Source of the DNA: Candidatus Margulisiibacteriota bacterium
GTDB lineage: Bacteria; Margulisbacteria; Marinamargulisbacteria; JBFWNS01
Direction: 5' to 3'
DNA: 64,000 bases
Assembly (NCBI GenBank): GCA_050250935.1
Contig: JBFWNS010000008.1
Location: forward strand, 1 to 64,000
The notes beneath the pieces are model-generated. The model saw only the letters and a list, made by a program, of their open reading frames with translations. It did not search any database and had not been told where the DNA came from. The position numbers were made by a program, and so were the translations under genes. Each line of letters begins with the position of its first letter. Positions within the stretch are counted from its first letter, which is position 1. Positions 32,770 through 43,225 of the stretch are shown in pieces.

Positions 32770-33632
32770 TGCGAGCTCCTTTGATACGCGGTGATGGTTT
32801 CCTGAATGGCGGTTGGCCAGTCGGTTTGAGAAAAACCCAATTCGGTTGCCAGTGAACTCGCATTACACAGTGAACGGACGGGTCGCTTGTCAGTAGACAG
32901 TGTGTCCCATTGCCAGAATTCAGCATTAAACTCGGGTAAAAAAGGGTGTATGGTCTCTGCAAAATCCCGAAGGGACAGGGTGTTGCCGGAGCCGACATTC
33001 ACAATGTGGGGCAGTGGCGTTCGATCCAGATACAGCCTTACCAAATGAATCAACCAGCGGGCGACATCTTTAATGTAGGCGTAGTCCCGTTGTTGTTGGC
33101 CGTTTGACAGAGACACAGGCTGTTGTTGAAGCTGGCTTAAAATAAGTGAGGGCACTAATTTGGATGTATCTTCACCGGGACCAAACAAGGCAAAGGGCCG
33201 AACAATGACATAATTTGGGTTTAAGTCTTGTTGGCCAAGATAGTGGGACATGAGCCATTTGGAAATCCCGTAAGGGGTTTTGGGAAGACAGGGGCTGGCT
33301 TCAGTCAGTTTGGGTTGATCAACGTCATACTCAAAGGCTGTGCCCAGTTGAATCCAAAACGGTTTTTTGGGGGCTTGGATTTCAAAAAAACGCCGGGCCT
33401 GAAGATAGTTGGTTTGTAATAAAACATCGGTATCGTGTTGGTGGTGAACAACGCCATACGCTGCGGCATTGATAATGGCGTCGGCTTCAACGTTGTGCCA
33501 GGTCGCCTCATCCAACAGGTTTAGTGTCTGTTTGGTGGGTGCTATGAGGTGAAACGAGGGGATGTTTTGGATTGCAGTACACAGGTGGCGACCTAAAAAT
33601 CCAGTTGCACCCAAAACCAAGACTCGTGTCAT
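32757..33632 (-). CDS. NAD(P)-dependent SDR, probable CDP-3,6-dideoxyhexose 4-reductase (paratose synthase-like)
   Basis: [21 protein letters not shown]; upstream of rfbE. Confidence 0.65.
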   Translation of the reverse strand: MTRVLVLGATGFLGRHLCTAIQNIPSFHLIAPTKQTLNLLDEATWHNVEADAIINAAAYGVVHHQHDTDVLLQTNYLQARRFFEIQAPKKPFWIQLGTAFEYDVDQPKLTEASPCLPKTPYGISKWLMSHYLGQQDLNPNYVIVRPFALFGPGEDTSKLVPSLILSQLQQQPVSLSNGQQQRDYAYIKDVARWLIHLVRLYLDRTPLPHIVNVGSGNTLSLRDFAETIHPFLPEFNAEFWQWDTLSTDKRPVRSLCNASSLATELGFSQTDWPTAIQETITAYQRSSHCVI

Positions 33633-33656
33633 AAAACATCCTAATGATAGGGGGAC

Positions 33657-33733
33657 TGGTGGCGGTGACTAGATTCGAACTAGTGGCACTACGGGTATGA
33701 ACCGTATGCTCTAACCAACTGAGCTACACCGCC
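33657..33733 (-). tRNA. tRNA-Met(CAT), elongator-type
   Basis: GGCGGTGTAGCTCAGTTGGTTAGAGCATACGGTTCATACCCGTAG...GTTCGAATC...CCGCCACCA. Confidence 0.93.
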
Positions 33734-33804
33734 ATGGGTCTAAAAAGAGCATTAAAACTAGCATATTGTTCTTGAGGGGACAATATTTATGCTAAATTAG
33801 CGCC

Positions 33805-34392
33805 ATGGATGCGTTTTCGATCACCAAACGGCACTACGATTTAATCATTCAACAGGCCTTGGCCAACTTGCCCCAAGAATCGGGCGGGTTTGTGGGGGGT
33901 AAAGAGGGCGTCATTCAAGGGGTGATGCCGGTGTTTAACCAACACCTTTACAACAAAACCGATACCTTTGGGGTTACCGCCGACGATGTGTTGCGGGCCC
34001 ACGAATTTTTCGCCAAACATGGCCTAGACTGCTACGGGGTCTACCACAGCCACCCAAAGGGCATCCCCGAGCCCTCCGAACAAGACATTAAAACGCGCCA
34101 GAAATACCATTTTATTGTGGGGCTTCGAAATCCCAAAAAACCCATCCTCAATGCCTTTATTGTCGAGGGGACCAAACCCAGACAACTGCCCTTGCGCATT
34201 ATTAACGACAATTATTTCAAACCGATCTCTGGCCCGATTGCCAAAGAGTCAAAGCCCAATTTGGCTGGGGATTTGCAACACGAAGCCCAAGCCTTGGGCG
34301 AACTCTTGAACGACATGAAATACCAACGTCTCAAATATCCCCGCCTGGATCCCAAAGAGTTTGAAGATTCCGATTTTAGTACGCTGGCATAA
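33805..34392 (+). CDS. JAB/MPN (Mov34, peptidase M67) domain protein
   Basis: PQESGG and YHSHPKGIPEPSEQD JAMM motif. Confidence 0.88.
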   Translation: MDAFSITKRHYDLIIQQALANLPQESGGFVGGKEGVIQGVMPVFNQHLYNKTDTFGVTADDVLRAHEFFAKHGLDCYGVYHSHPKGIPEPSEQDIKTRQKYHFIVGLRNPKKPILNAFIVEGTKPRQLPLRIINDNYFKPISGPIAKESKPNLAGDLQHEAQALGELLNDMKYQRLKYPRLDPKEFEDSDFSTLA

Positions 34393-34454
34393 CAAAACAA
34401 ATTGGCGACCTTGGGGGCTTACGGGGGTTGTGTGTTCGGTAAAAAAAAGGCAAG

Positions 34455-35330
34455 ATGCTAGGGATGTCTTCTCTTACCGTTTTTATGTTGCCCAAGGCCT
34501 TTGAGGGCCTGTTTGATATCCTTCAGCGCAACGCCATCGAAAGTTGGTTGCAGGTCTATCCCAAACCCACCCTGATTTTATTTGGCGACGAAGCAGGTAC
34601 CGCCGAAGTGGCCAAAGAATATGGGCTGATGCACCGCCCACACATCGCCAGAAACGATCTGGGCACCCCCTTGGTCAACGATTTGTTTGTCCAGGCCACG
34701 GCCCTGTCGGATTCCCCTTTTTACTGTTTTGTAAATGCCGATATTGTGGTGGACCCCCGTGTGGCCCAGTTGGTGGATACGGTAACCCATCAACAGACCA
34801 GGGTATTGCTGGTGTCCCGTCGTTGGGATGTCGAGGTGAATACCCGCATCGATTGGGCCCACCCCAATGCCGAAGCAGGACTTGAGACCCTGCAAGCCAA
34901 AGCCAAGGCTCAAGGGGCTTTGTATCCCCCCGTTGGCATGGATTTATTTGTGTTTCCCAAAGGTTTTTTTGATGCCATGCCGCCTTTTTCCATTGGTTGG
35001 CCTGGGGCCAAATACGACAATTGGATGGTGTATTATGCCCGCAAAAAGCGGTTGTCCGTGGTGGATGTCACCTTGGCCATGACCACCTTGCACCAAAACC
35101 ACCCCACCGGCTTTGCCCACAATCCAGCCAAGCAAAAAGAGCATCTGATTAACCTTAAGCTCGCAGGTGGCTATGGGCATTGTTACGATTCGATGGATGC
35201 AACGTATTTTATGGACGAAGAGTGGGGCCTACACCGCCGCATTTCGCTTCGTGCTCGGTGGCGGGTGTGGATCAAGCGATGGCTTCAGCGTGTGATCGAT
35301 CCCATTCGTTTGCCCTTAAGGAAAGCTTAA
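34455..35330 (+). CDS. Putative GT-A fold glycosyltransferase
   Basis: QRNAIESW, FVNADI, YDNW, LHQNH; adjacent to other glycosyltransferases. Confidence 0.6.
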   Translation: MLGMSSLTVFMLPKAFEGLFDILQRNAIESWLQVYPKPTLILFGDEAGTAEVAKEYGLMHRPHIARNDLGTPLVNDLFVQATALSDSPFYCFVNADIVVDPRVAQLVDTVTHQQTRVLLVSRRWDVEVNTRIDWAHPNAEAGLETLQAKAKAQGALYPPVGMDLFVFPKGFFDAMPPFSIGWPGAKYDNWMVYYARKKRLSVVDVTLAMTTLHQNHPTGFAHNPAKQKEHLINLKLAGGYGHCYDSMDATYFMDEEWGLHRRISLRARWRVWIKRWLQRVIDPIRLPLRKA

Positions 35331-36488
35331 ATGATGTCCAAGGCCTCTCCCAAATTAGCCATTGTTCACAATGTTATTTCGCCCTACAAAACCGTTTTGT
35401 TTAACCAACTCAAAACGGCTTGGCCAAACCTGGCTGTGCTCTATTTTGCCCCCACCGAAAAAATGCGGGACTGGCGGGTCGACCGAGAGGATATTACCTA
35501 CGAGCATCAGGTATTGTTTGAAAAACCTTTGGACGATATCGGTCCTTGGGCGCTTTTCAAAGCCGTTTGGAAGGCTTTGGATGATGTGAATCCCGACATC
35601 GTCTTGGTCTGCGAATACATCAAGACAGGGTACTGGGCGGCTTTGTTTTGGGCCATGAAAAACCGAAAAAAACGCATTTTTTGGACCGAAACAACAGCCG
35701 AAGACCGTCCCCGAATCTGGATCAAAGAGCAAGTCAAACGCTGGTTTATCCGTCAGTTTCAGGCGGGATTGGCCCAAAGTTCGAAAAGCAAGCGCTATAT
35801 GCACGAATTGGGCATGCCCTACGACCACATTTGGGTTAAAGGATATGTCACCGACAACGATTTTTATGCCACAGCCTATGCCAAAGAGCGCGAAAACCGA
35901 GACGCACTACAGGCAAAATATGATATGCCCAAGCACAATTTTTTATTTGTAGGTCGTTTGGCCAAAGAAAAAAACCTGTTGTTTTTGTTGTCTGCCTTTA
36001 AAAAAGCCCGAGACCATGGCTGCGATTGGGGATTGATCTTGGTTGGCGATGGTCCGATGCGCCGGATTTTGGAAGCCTATGTTTTAAATTGTAAGTTGGA
36101 AAAAGTGGTTCATTTTGCTGGGTTTGTGCAAAAAGAAGGATTGGCCCCGTTTCAGGCCATGTCCGATGTGTTTGTGCTTCCCAGTGTTTCCGAGCCTTGG
36201 GGATTGGTGGTGAACGAAGCCATGGCCTGTGGGTTGCCCGTGTTGGTGTCCACCCGCTGCGGGTGTTTTCCAGACATCGTTCGAGACCGCGAAAATGGGT
36301 TTTCCTTTGACCCCACCGACGAACACGAGTTGGTTGATTTAATGTTCAAGCTCTCGGACGGTCGCTATAACCTTGCCGAAATGGGAAAAGCGTCGATAGA
36401 AATCATGACCCAATTTACCCCACAAACCTCGGTGGCCGTCATGAAAACAGTGTTGGATGCGGTGGCGACGATGCCCGAGTTGGCATGA
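35331..36488 (+). CDS. Glycosyltransferase family 4
   Basis: FLFVGRLAKEKN, EPWGLVVNEAMACGLPV. Confidence 0.92.
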   Translation: MMSKASPKLAIVHNVISPYKTVLFNQLKTAWPNLAVLYFAPTEKMRDWRVDREDITYEHQVLFEKPLDDIGPWALFKAVWKALDDVNPDIVLVCEYIKTGYWAALFWAMKNRKKRIFWTETTAEDRPRIWIKEQVKRWFIRQFQAGLAQSSKSKRYMHELGMPYDHIWVKGYVTDNDFYATAYAKERENRDALQAKYDMPKHNFLFVGRLAKEKNLLFLLSAFKKARDHGCDWGLILVGDGPMRRILEAYVLNCKLEKVVHFAGFVQKEGLAPFQAMSDVFVLPSVSEPWGLVVNEAMACGLPVLVSTRCGCFPDIVRDRENGFSFDPTDEHELVDLMFKLSDGRYNLAEMGKASIEIMTQFTPQTSVAVMKTVLDAVATMPELA

Positions 36489-37612
36489 GGGTTTGGCGGG
36501 GGGTGTGGGGGCTTCTGGTTCTGGGTCTGGATTGGCTTTGGTGTCGACTGTTGCTGCCAGAAAGCACCCATCGCAAGCAAATTCTGGTGGTTCGACTGGA
36601 CGCGATAGGCGATTTCGTATTGTGGATGAACACCCAGCGAATTTTGCAACGCGAATTTCCAGATGCAGGCATGACCTTGGTTTGTCACGAGGATGTCCAA
36701 GAATTGGCCGAAACCCTGGGTTGCCAGATTATTCCAGTCTCTCCCAAACGATTTGAAACCCAGCTGGGCTATCGCTTTGGACTATTAAGACAATTAAGGC
36801 AAAAACGGTTTCAGTTGGCATTGCATCCTGTGCTTTCTCGGTACCAACATGCGGGTACAGCAGAAGCCATCATACGCGCCGTTGAGGCAGATCAAAAAGT
36901 AGGGTGGCAAGTTCAAAAAACCGGCATTCGTGGGATGGTGGCAAAGGTGACAGCCCGATGGTATACCCAGCTGATTGTTCAAAACCATCCCCACGAGCTG
37001 ATGAACAACCTGGCTTTCGCCACCCGGATCACCGGAGCCAACATTAGCCCTATTTTGCCCCAATTACCCCCCCATTCTAGGCCAATTTCCGAGCCCTATG
37101 TGGTGGTCTTTCCAGGCAGCCGAGTGGGCCTCAAAAATTGGCCTCAAGTTGCCTTTGCCAAAACCATTCGCGAACTTGGAACTCACCACACTTGTACTGT
37201 GGTACTGTGCGGAGGCCCCTCCGAAGCAGCTGCTTTTGATCCCCAACTTTGGGCCGGCATACCAATTCAAAACGAGCTTGGGAAAACCACGTTAACCCAA
37301 CTTTTCGCCCTGCTTCAGCATGCCCAATGTGTGATATCTAACGACACCGCTGCTGCCCACATTGCAGCCGCCTACGGCACACCTACCATTGTGGTGATGG
37401 GCGGTGGGCAATGGGGCCGATTTTTTCCCTATCCGCCAGAACTCCAGGCCGATCACGTTGCCATCGTGAACCACGAAATGCCCTGCTATGGCTGCGATTG
37501 GAATTGTCCTTTTGTGGCCTCCAAAAAGGAAACGGCGCCTTGTATTGCCCAAATTCCAGTGGACCGGGTTGTGGCCGAAGCCAACCGATTGCTAAAGACC
37601 AACCTCGGCTAA
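36485..37612 (+). CDS. Glycosyltransferase family 9 (heptosyltransferase-like)
   Basis: VVRLDAIGDF, PGS...KNWP, ISNDTAAAHIAAA. Confidence 0.88.
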   Translation: MRVWRGVWGLLVLGLDWLWCRLLLPESTHRKQILVVRLDAIGDFVLWMNTQRILQREFPDAGMTLVCHEDVQELAETLGCQIIPVSPKRFETQLGYRFGLLRQLRQKRFQLALHPVLSRYQHAGTAEAIIRAVEADQKVGWQVQKTGIRGMVAKVTARWYTQLIVQNHPHELMNNLAFATRITGANISPILPQLPPHSRPISEPYVVVFPGSRVGLKNWPQVAFAKTIRELGTHHTCTVVLCGGPSEAAAFDPQLWAGIPIQNELGKTTLTQLFALLQHAQCVISNDTAAAHIAAAYGTPTIVVMGGGQWGRFFPYPPELQADHVAIVNHEMPCYGCDWNCPFVASKKETAPCIAQIPVDRVVAEANRLLKTNLG

Positions 37613-37688
37613 AACCTACACCATTTGGGACAATTTTGGTAAAATTTCCCACCTAAAAAACTTCAAAAAATCCAAGGAGGTTTCTTTA

Positions 37689-39497
37689 ATGAGCGCAGCC
37701 ACCCACATCACCGGCGATATTTCTATCCACACCCAAAATATTTTTCCCATCATCAAAAAATGGCTGTATTCCGAGCACGAAATTTTCATGCGCGAATTGG
37801 TTTCGAATGCCCACGATGCCATCACCAAACGACGCCAAATCGCGGTTCACGAACAATGGCCCTTGCCGCCAGAAGGGCATATCGATATTCAACTCAACGA
37901 AGCCGAAAAAACCATCACCCTTTCCGACAACGGCTTGGGAATGGATGCAGAAGACATTCAACAATACATCAACCAAATTGCCTTTTCTGGGGCCGAAGAT
38001 TTTGTCAAAAAATACCAAAACAACCAAGAAAACCCGGACATTATTGGTCATTTTGGGCTTGGTTTTTATTCGGCGTTTATGGTGGCCGATGTGGTCGAAA
38101 TTATCTCCAAATCCCACAAAGAAGGGGCCACGGCAGTTAAGTGGCGCTGCGATGGATCGACTTCGTTTGAAATTACCGACGCCCACCGAGCCGAGGTTGG
38201 CACCGATATAGTGCTGCATGTGCTCAATCCCGAAAATGAAGGGTTTCTTAAGCCCGAAAAACTCAAAGAACTGGTTCAAAAATACGCCAATTTTTTGCCC
38301 GTTCGAATTACTGTGGGTGGGGAAACCGCCAACGACCAAAACCCATTGTGGATGAAGTCTCCCCAAGAGGTTACTGACGAACAATACAAAGCGTTTTACC
38401 AAACCCTGTTTCCCTTCAGCCAAGAGCCGTTGTTTTGGATTCATTTGAATGTGGACTATCCCTTTAATTTGAAAGGGATTTTGTACTTCCCCAAATTGGC
38501 CCACGAACTGGACAGCGCCAAAGGAAAAATTAAACTGTTTTGCCAGCAAGTGTTTGTAACGGATACGGCCAAAGACATCGTGCCGGATTTTTTAACCGTG
38601 TTGCAAGGCGCCATCGATTGCCCCAATATCCCGTTAAACGTGTCCCGAAGCTATCTGCAAAACGATCCAGAAGTTCAAAAAATCGCCAAACACATTGTTA
38701 AAAAAGTAGCCGATAAATTGGCCGAACTCTTCAAATCCGACCGGGCGGCTTTCGAATCCTATTGGAAAGACATTCATCCCTTCATCAAATTTGGAATGAT
38801 GCAAAACGACGATTTTTATCAAAAAACCAAAGACCTGGTTGTCTTTAATTCAACCGCCGAGGCCATGACCACTGTGGCCGAATACCAAGCACGAAACCAA
38901 GAACAGCTCGACAAAAAAGTGCTGTATTCCACCGACAAAGATGCCCAAGCCTCTTACATTCAACTCTGCAAAGACCAGGGGTTGGAAGTGGTGTTTTTGG
39001 AAGCGGTGATCGATTCGCATTTTATTCAGTTTTTGGAAGGCAAGCAGGATGGTCTTAAATTTGTATCGGTGGACACCCAATTGGCCGATCACCTCATGGA
39101 CACCAAAGCCGATGATGAAGCCACTAAAGCCAAAACAGCCGAAATTGAAACCCTGTTTAAATCGGTACTGGGCGATATGCAGCTTCGGGTAGAGCCCTTA
39201 AAAAACCAAACGGTTTCGGCCATGATGTTGCAAGACGAAACCATGAAACGGTTCAAAGAAATGAGTGTGCTTATGCAACGCAACACGGGCTCGGATTTTA
39301 TGCTCCAAACCCTGGTGATCAATCAAAACAGCCCTGTGGTTCAAAAGATCCTGGGCTTGCATCAAACCAATCCCGACGATGCCCAAATTAAGGTGCTGTG
39401 TCAGCAGGTTTTGGACCTGGCGAAATTGGCTCAAAAACCCCTCACCGGCGCCGAGATGCAAGCCTTTATCGAACGATCCAACGCATTGCTAGTGTAA
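37689..39497 (+). CDS. htpG: Chaperone HtpG (Hsp90)
   Basis: IFMRELVSNAHDA, DNGLGM, IGHFGLGFYSAFMVA, PLNVSRS. Confidence 0.97.
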   Translation: MSAATHITGDISIHTQNIFPIIKKWLYSEHEIFMRELVSNAHDAITKRRQIAVHEQWPLPPEGHIDIQLNEAEKTITLSDNGLGMDAEDIQQYINQIAFSGAEDFVKKYQNNQENPDIIGHFGLGFYSAFMVADVVEIISKSHKEGATAVKWRCDGSTSFEITDAHRAEVGTDIVLHVLNPENEGFLKPEKLKELVQKYANFLPVRITVGGETANDQNPLWMKSPQEVTDEQYKAFYQTLFPFSQEPLFWIHLNVDYPFNLKGILYFPKLAHELDSAKGKIKLFCQQVFVTDTAKDIVPDFLTVLQGAIDCPNIPLNVSRSYLQNDPEVQKIAKHIVKKVADKLAELFKSDRAAFESYWKDIHPFIKFGMMQNDDFYQKTKDLVVFNSTAEAMTTVAEYQARNQEQLDKKVLYSTDKDAQASYIQLCKDQGLEVVFLEAVIDSHFIQFLEGKQDGLKFVSVDTQLADHLMDTKADDEATKAKTAEIETLFKSVLGDMQLRVEPLKNQTVSAMMLQDETMKRFKEMSVLMQRNTGSDFMLQTLVINQNSPVVQKILGLHQTNPDDAQIKVLCQQVLDLAKLAQKPLTGAEMQAFIERSNALLV

Positions 39498-39520
39498 CCA
39501 GATTGGGCTACCATGAACAC

Positions 39521-40132
39521 ATGATCTATTCGACCCTCCAGACCTTTTTGCGCAAGCATTTGTACATTGTTTTTAACGAACGATTCACCAACGATGCCGT
39601 GCACAATCACCTCGAACGCATGGTGGCCAAACACCCCAAAACCAAGCCGGAACTCATCGTGCTTAACGATCAGCCCGTTGGATTTCGGGGGTTGGAGGCC
39701 GAGGCCAAAAGTTTGGAAAAATACCGCATTTATGTCGAGCTGGAATATGCCAAAGACGAGGATGCCCGCTATCTGGATGTGTTTGACCTTTACACCGAAG
39801 TTCGAATCAAAAGCAACGACAAACTTAGCGAGATCCTGGCACTGGGTCATTTGTACGAAGATGTGGTCACCTTGGATCGCATTCGCCGCCTAAAAGACGG
39901 TGGCGAAGAAGGGATCTTAATTTATTCCCGATTGGGCGAATCCATAATGGAAGCCTGTTTGGAGCAAGATTTGGAAGAGGGGCTGCTAACCCAAGAGGAC
40001 ATCGAAGTGCTACTCGATCAGCAATTGTCTGGTTTTTTAAAATTTATTCAAGATTTTGATGCAGTATATTTTAGAGGGCTTCCCATCGAGGCCCTGGGAA
40101 AGGCGGCCAAATTTCGTGAATTTCCTCTCTAA
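39521..40132 (+). CDS. Hypothetical acidic protein
   Basis: In-operon ORF between htpG and trpD with backbone-like codon usage; start re-assigned to MIYST. Confidence 0.7.
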   Translation: MIYSTLQTFLRKHLYIVFNERFTNDAVHNHLERMVAKHPKTKPELIVLNDQPVGFRGLEAEAKSLEKYRIYVELEYAKDEDARYLDVFDLYTEVRIKSNDKLSEILALGHLYEDVVTLDRIRRLKDGGEEGILIYSRLGESIMEACLEQDLEEGLLTQEDIEVLLDQQLSGFLKFIQDFDAVYFRGLPIEALGKAAKFREFPL

Positions 40133-41126
40133 GCTGAACCGTCAGCAATCGTTGACGGTAGAAGAAAGCCAAGCGTTGCTTCGCGCGATGTTTTCTGGCG
40201 ATTTGTCTTTAGAAGACACCAAAGCAGCCCTGGTTGCCCTCCGAGACAAGGGGGAAACCGTCGACGAGTTGTTCGGTTTTGTCACCGTCATGCGCGAGGC
40301 CATGACACCCATTCACTTGGCGCATCCCGCCATCGATGTGTGTGGAACTGGTGGCAGTGGCCAAGACCGATTCAATACCTCGACAGCAGTGGCCTTTTTG
40401 TTGGCATCCAGAGGGATTGGCGTGGCCAAACATGGCAATCGGGGGTCGGTATTGCCGAATGGCAGTTTCGATTTTCTAGAAACCTTGGGCATTCCCTTCG
40501 ATCTCAGTGTCGAGCAGCATCAAGCCCTGTATGCCGAAACCAATCTGTGTTTTTTGTTTGCCAGGTCTTTTCATCCGGCTGTAGCCAAATTGGCCCAAGC
40601 GCGAAAAGAAATTGGGGGCCGAACCGTGTTTAATTTACTGGGTCCCCTTTGCAATCCGGCTGGGGTTCAAACCCAACTCATTGGTACCTCGTCTGTACAG
40701 AATGCCGAAAAATTGGTCGATGTTTGCAAGCGATTGAAGATGGATCGGGTTTTGGTTGTGGTCAGTGACCATGGGTTGGACGAACTGTCTCCCATCCAGT
40801 CCAACACCCTCTTTGAACTTAAAAATGGGGTGATTGTGCGCAAAACAGAGGCCGAAAACCGCATGCCAGAATCCCTTTCGGTGACGGGTTTGGGCACCCT
40901 ACAACAAAATGCAACCCTGTTTGAATCCATTCTCAAAGGCGAGCACCGAAATCACTTGATTGCCCATCAAATTTCTCTGAACGCCGGGGCTGCCCTCTAT
41001 TTGTTGGGAGAGGCCGCGTCCTTGGTTCATGGCTATATGGCGGCCGATAGTGTGTTGCGAACAGGTGCTGTTTGGAAATTTTTTGAAAGCTATCGCCAAA
41101 AAGCCCAAAACATCAAGACAAACTAG
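40116..41126 (+). CDS. trpD: Anthranilate phosphoribosyltransferase
   Basis: DVCGTGG, FNTST, VAKHGNR, RTVFNLLGPLCNP, GLDE. Confidence 0.93.
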   Translation: MNFLSKLNRQQSLTVEESQALLRAMFSGDLSLEDTKAALVALRDKGETVDELFGFVTVMREAMTPIHLAHPAIDVCGTGGSGQDRFNTSTAVAFLLASRGIGVAKHGNRGSVLPNGSFDFLETLGIPFDLSVEQHQALYAETNLCFLFARSFHPAVAKLAQARKEIGGRTVFNLLGPLCNPAGVQTQLIGTSSVQNAEKLVDVCKRLKMDRVLVVVSDHGLDELSPIQSNTLFELKNGVIVRKTEAENRMPESLSVTGLGTLQQNATLFESILKGEHRNHLIAHQISLNAGAALYLLGEAASLVHGYMAADSVLRTGAVWKFFESYRQKAQNIKTN

Positions 41127-41178
41127 CGCATTTCTGTTAAACTTTCCCCCAATTACCCCGTGCAAAAAGGAGTTTATC

Positions 41179-42054
41179 ATGAGCCCATCCAAAATTTTGG
41201 GTGTACTGTTGCTGTGTTGCCTAATGCCAGTCCTACTCACTGGTTGTGGAGAGAATCTATTTAAAGGGTTGGTCAGTCAGCCTCGTCTGGCGGCTTCCGA
41301 CTATAATGGCCAGGGCCGATATGCCGAAGCCATCTCTGCTGCAGACGAAATTCTGAATAGTGGTTCGACAAGCCCAGAGCAAAAAAGAGCCGCTGCCTTT
41401 GAAAAAGCAACTGCTATCCTAGGACAAAACAATCTCGACTTTTCAACCATCATGATCCAAGTTCAAGAAAAAGTTAATTCCCCTTCCGGCACCAATTTGG
41501 TGGAGTTAATCGGAAGCTTGCCAGGCAATATCACCGATTTGGCGACTGCAGCCGATTTGTTCAATTTGTCGGTTTCAAGTACATCCTATTTAAGTGTTGG
41601 TGCTCCTCAGCCATTAACGCAGTCGTCGACGAACACAGAAGCCGAATTGCGACGTGGTGTGGCCAACGCAACCGTGGCTGTAAAAATGGTAACCCTCTAT
41701 CTGGATGTTTTTTCAGCAGGCACTGTGTCGTTGAATGCCACGGCTGTTGCAGACAGTGTTGATGAAGAAGACACCTTATTGTATTTGACACAATCCACCA
41801 AAAACGTGGCGTATTATGCCGACAACGCCATCAGCGCTTTCACCCAGGCCGGGTCTTTGGACTCAAGCCAGTTGGATAACATCACCAAGCTTCAAACCAG
41901 CATGACCAATTTGGCAGCCTTGGCCCAAGCGGTGACGGGGAATACAACCTACACTTCTCCTGCGTCTCAAAGCTATTCTTTTGCAACGTCGAACCAAACC
42001 GTTCGAAATTCACGCATCAACAGCGCCATGGGCGACATTTTTGGGACCAACTAG
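41179..42054 (+). CDS. Lipoprotein, hypothetical
   Basis: AAGGAG RBS; lipobox LLTG-C followed by GENLF. Confidence 0.8.
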   Translation: MSPSKILGVLLLCCLMPVLLTGCGENLFKGLVSQPRLAASDYNGQGRYAEAISAADEILNSGSTSPEQKRAAAFEKATAILGQNNLDFSTIMIQVQEKVNSPSGTNLVELIGSLPGNITDLATAADLFNLSVSSTSYLSVGAPQPLTQSSTNTEAELRRGVANATVAVKMVTLYLDVFSAGTVSLNATAVADSVDEEDTLLYLTQSTKNVAYYADNAISAFTQAGSLDSSQLDNITKLQTSMTNLAALAQAVTGNTTYTSPASQSYSFATSNQTVRNSRINSAMGDIFGTN

Positions 42055-42064
42055 GAGACACCAC

Positions 42065-43225
42065 ATGAAGTACAAATACAGTTTAGCCCTTGTGACCGGT
42101 GTGATGTGTGTAACAACGTCTTTGATGGCCGCCGATTTGGCTGTGTTTAGCGCCAGAAAAGAAGCCATGGGTGGGGTAGGGGTTGCCGTATCCAACGATG
42201 AATCGGCTTTGTATCAAAATCCCGCTGCTTTGGCCAAAGTCAAAGGGTTTAAGGTTAAGTTGCCCAAAGTGTTGGGAGCTTTTAACACCACCTTTACTGA
42301 CAAGAATTCTCAATTGCAAGACTTTTTAAATGCAAAATCCGATGCCGGTGCCCAGCTGACCAACCTTAAAGCGTTGGTGCCCAACACCTTTGCCTCGCGC
42401 GTGGCTTTGAATCCTGGGCTTTCCGTAACGATGCCTGGGTTTGGGGTTGGGTTATTTGGGGGCTTGGATGTTTTGGCAAAGCTGAGTAACCCTGTTTTTC
42501 CAGAGCTACACGTCGAAGGCCACACGGATATTTTTCCAAGTGTGGGTTTTGCTGGGGATTACGAGTTTTTCGATATGCCCATGTCTTTGGGGATTAGTGC
42601 GAAATATGTGATTCGCCAAACCATGTACAACAAAGCCTCTGGAGCAGATACCTTTATTGTTCAGAGCAACGATTTGATGAAGTTGGTGAACAATGCCTCC
42701 GACAAACCCGAAATCAGCACCTATACCACCCAAGGGATTGGCATCGACTTGGGGATGTTAACCCCCATGGACAACCTGTTGGGAAAAGGTCAGTGGGGCG
42801 TATCGCTTCGCAACGTGTTGGGAACCTTGGGTGGAAGCAAAGACATTACAGGCGCTGGCAGCCAATCGGTTACCCAAACCTTGCCTGTGGTTGGGGCTGT
42901 TGGATTTGCGGCCGAAACCCGTCTTCCAAGTTGGGTGCCCCTCGTCAGCGATGTGATTGGCGACTTTACCTGGGCTGCCGATTACCAACTGATTTCTCCG
43001 GACACCAGCTTTTTCAAAAAAACCCATGTTGGGGTTGAAAAATCGGTTTTGTTCGACATTGTCAAATTACGCAGTGGTCTTAACCAAGGTTATATCACAG
43101 CGGGTTTGGGTGTGGATGTTTGGTTGGTTAAATTCAACTATGCGTACTTTGCAGAAGAATTGGGCCCAGAAATTGGAATGGAGCCTTTAAAAACCCACGT
43201 GTTTGATTTGACGTTCTTCTTTTAG
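42065..43225 (+). CDS. Outer-membrane beta-barrel protein (TraF/PorV/FadL-like)
   Basis: Signal peptide, ARKEAMGG...ALYQNPA N-terminal hatch motif, alternating strands, C-terminal Phe. Confidence 0.7.
   Translation: MKYKYSLALVTGVMCVTTSLMAADLAVFSARKEAMGGVGVAVSNDESALYQNPAALAKVKGFKVKLPKVLGAFNTTFTDKNSQLQDFLNAKSDAGAQLTNLKALVPNTFASRVALNPGLSVTMPGFGVGLFGGLDVLAKLSNPVFPELHVEGHTDIFPSVGFAGDYEFFDMPMSLGISAKYVIRQTMYNKASGADTFIVQSNDLMKLVNNASDKPEISTYTTQGIGIDLGMLTPMDNLLGKGQWGVSLRNVLGTLGGSKDITGAGSQSVTQTLPVVGAVGFAAETRLPSWVPLVSDVIGDFTWAADYQLISPDTSFFKKTHVGVEKSVLFDIVKLRSGLNQGYITAGLGVDVWLVKFNYAYFAEELGPEIGMEPLKTHVFDLTFFF

Noticed and set aside
33805..34392. CBASS or other ubiquitin-like defence system
   Set aside because: JAB gene lacks CD-NTase, E1/E2 or effector neighbours
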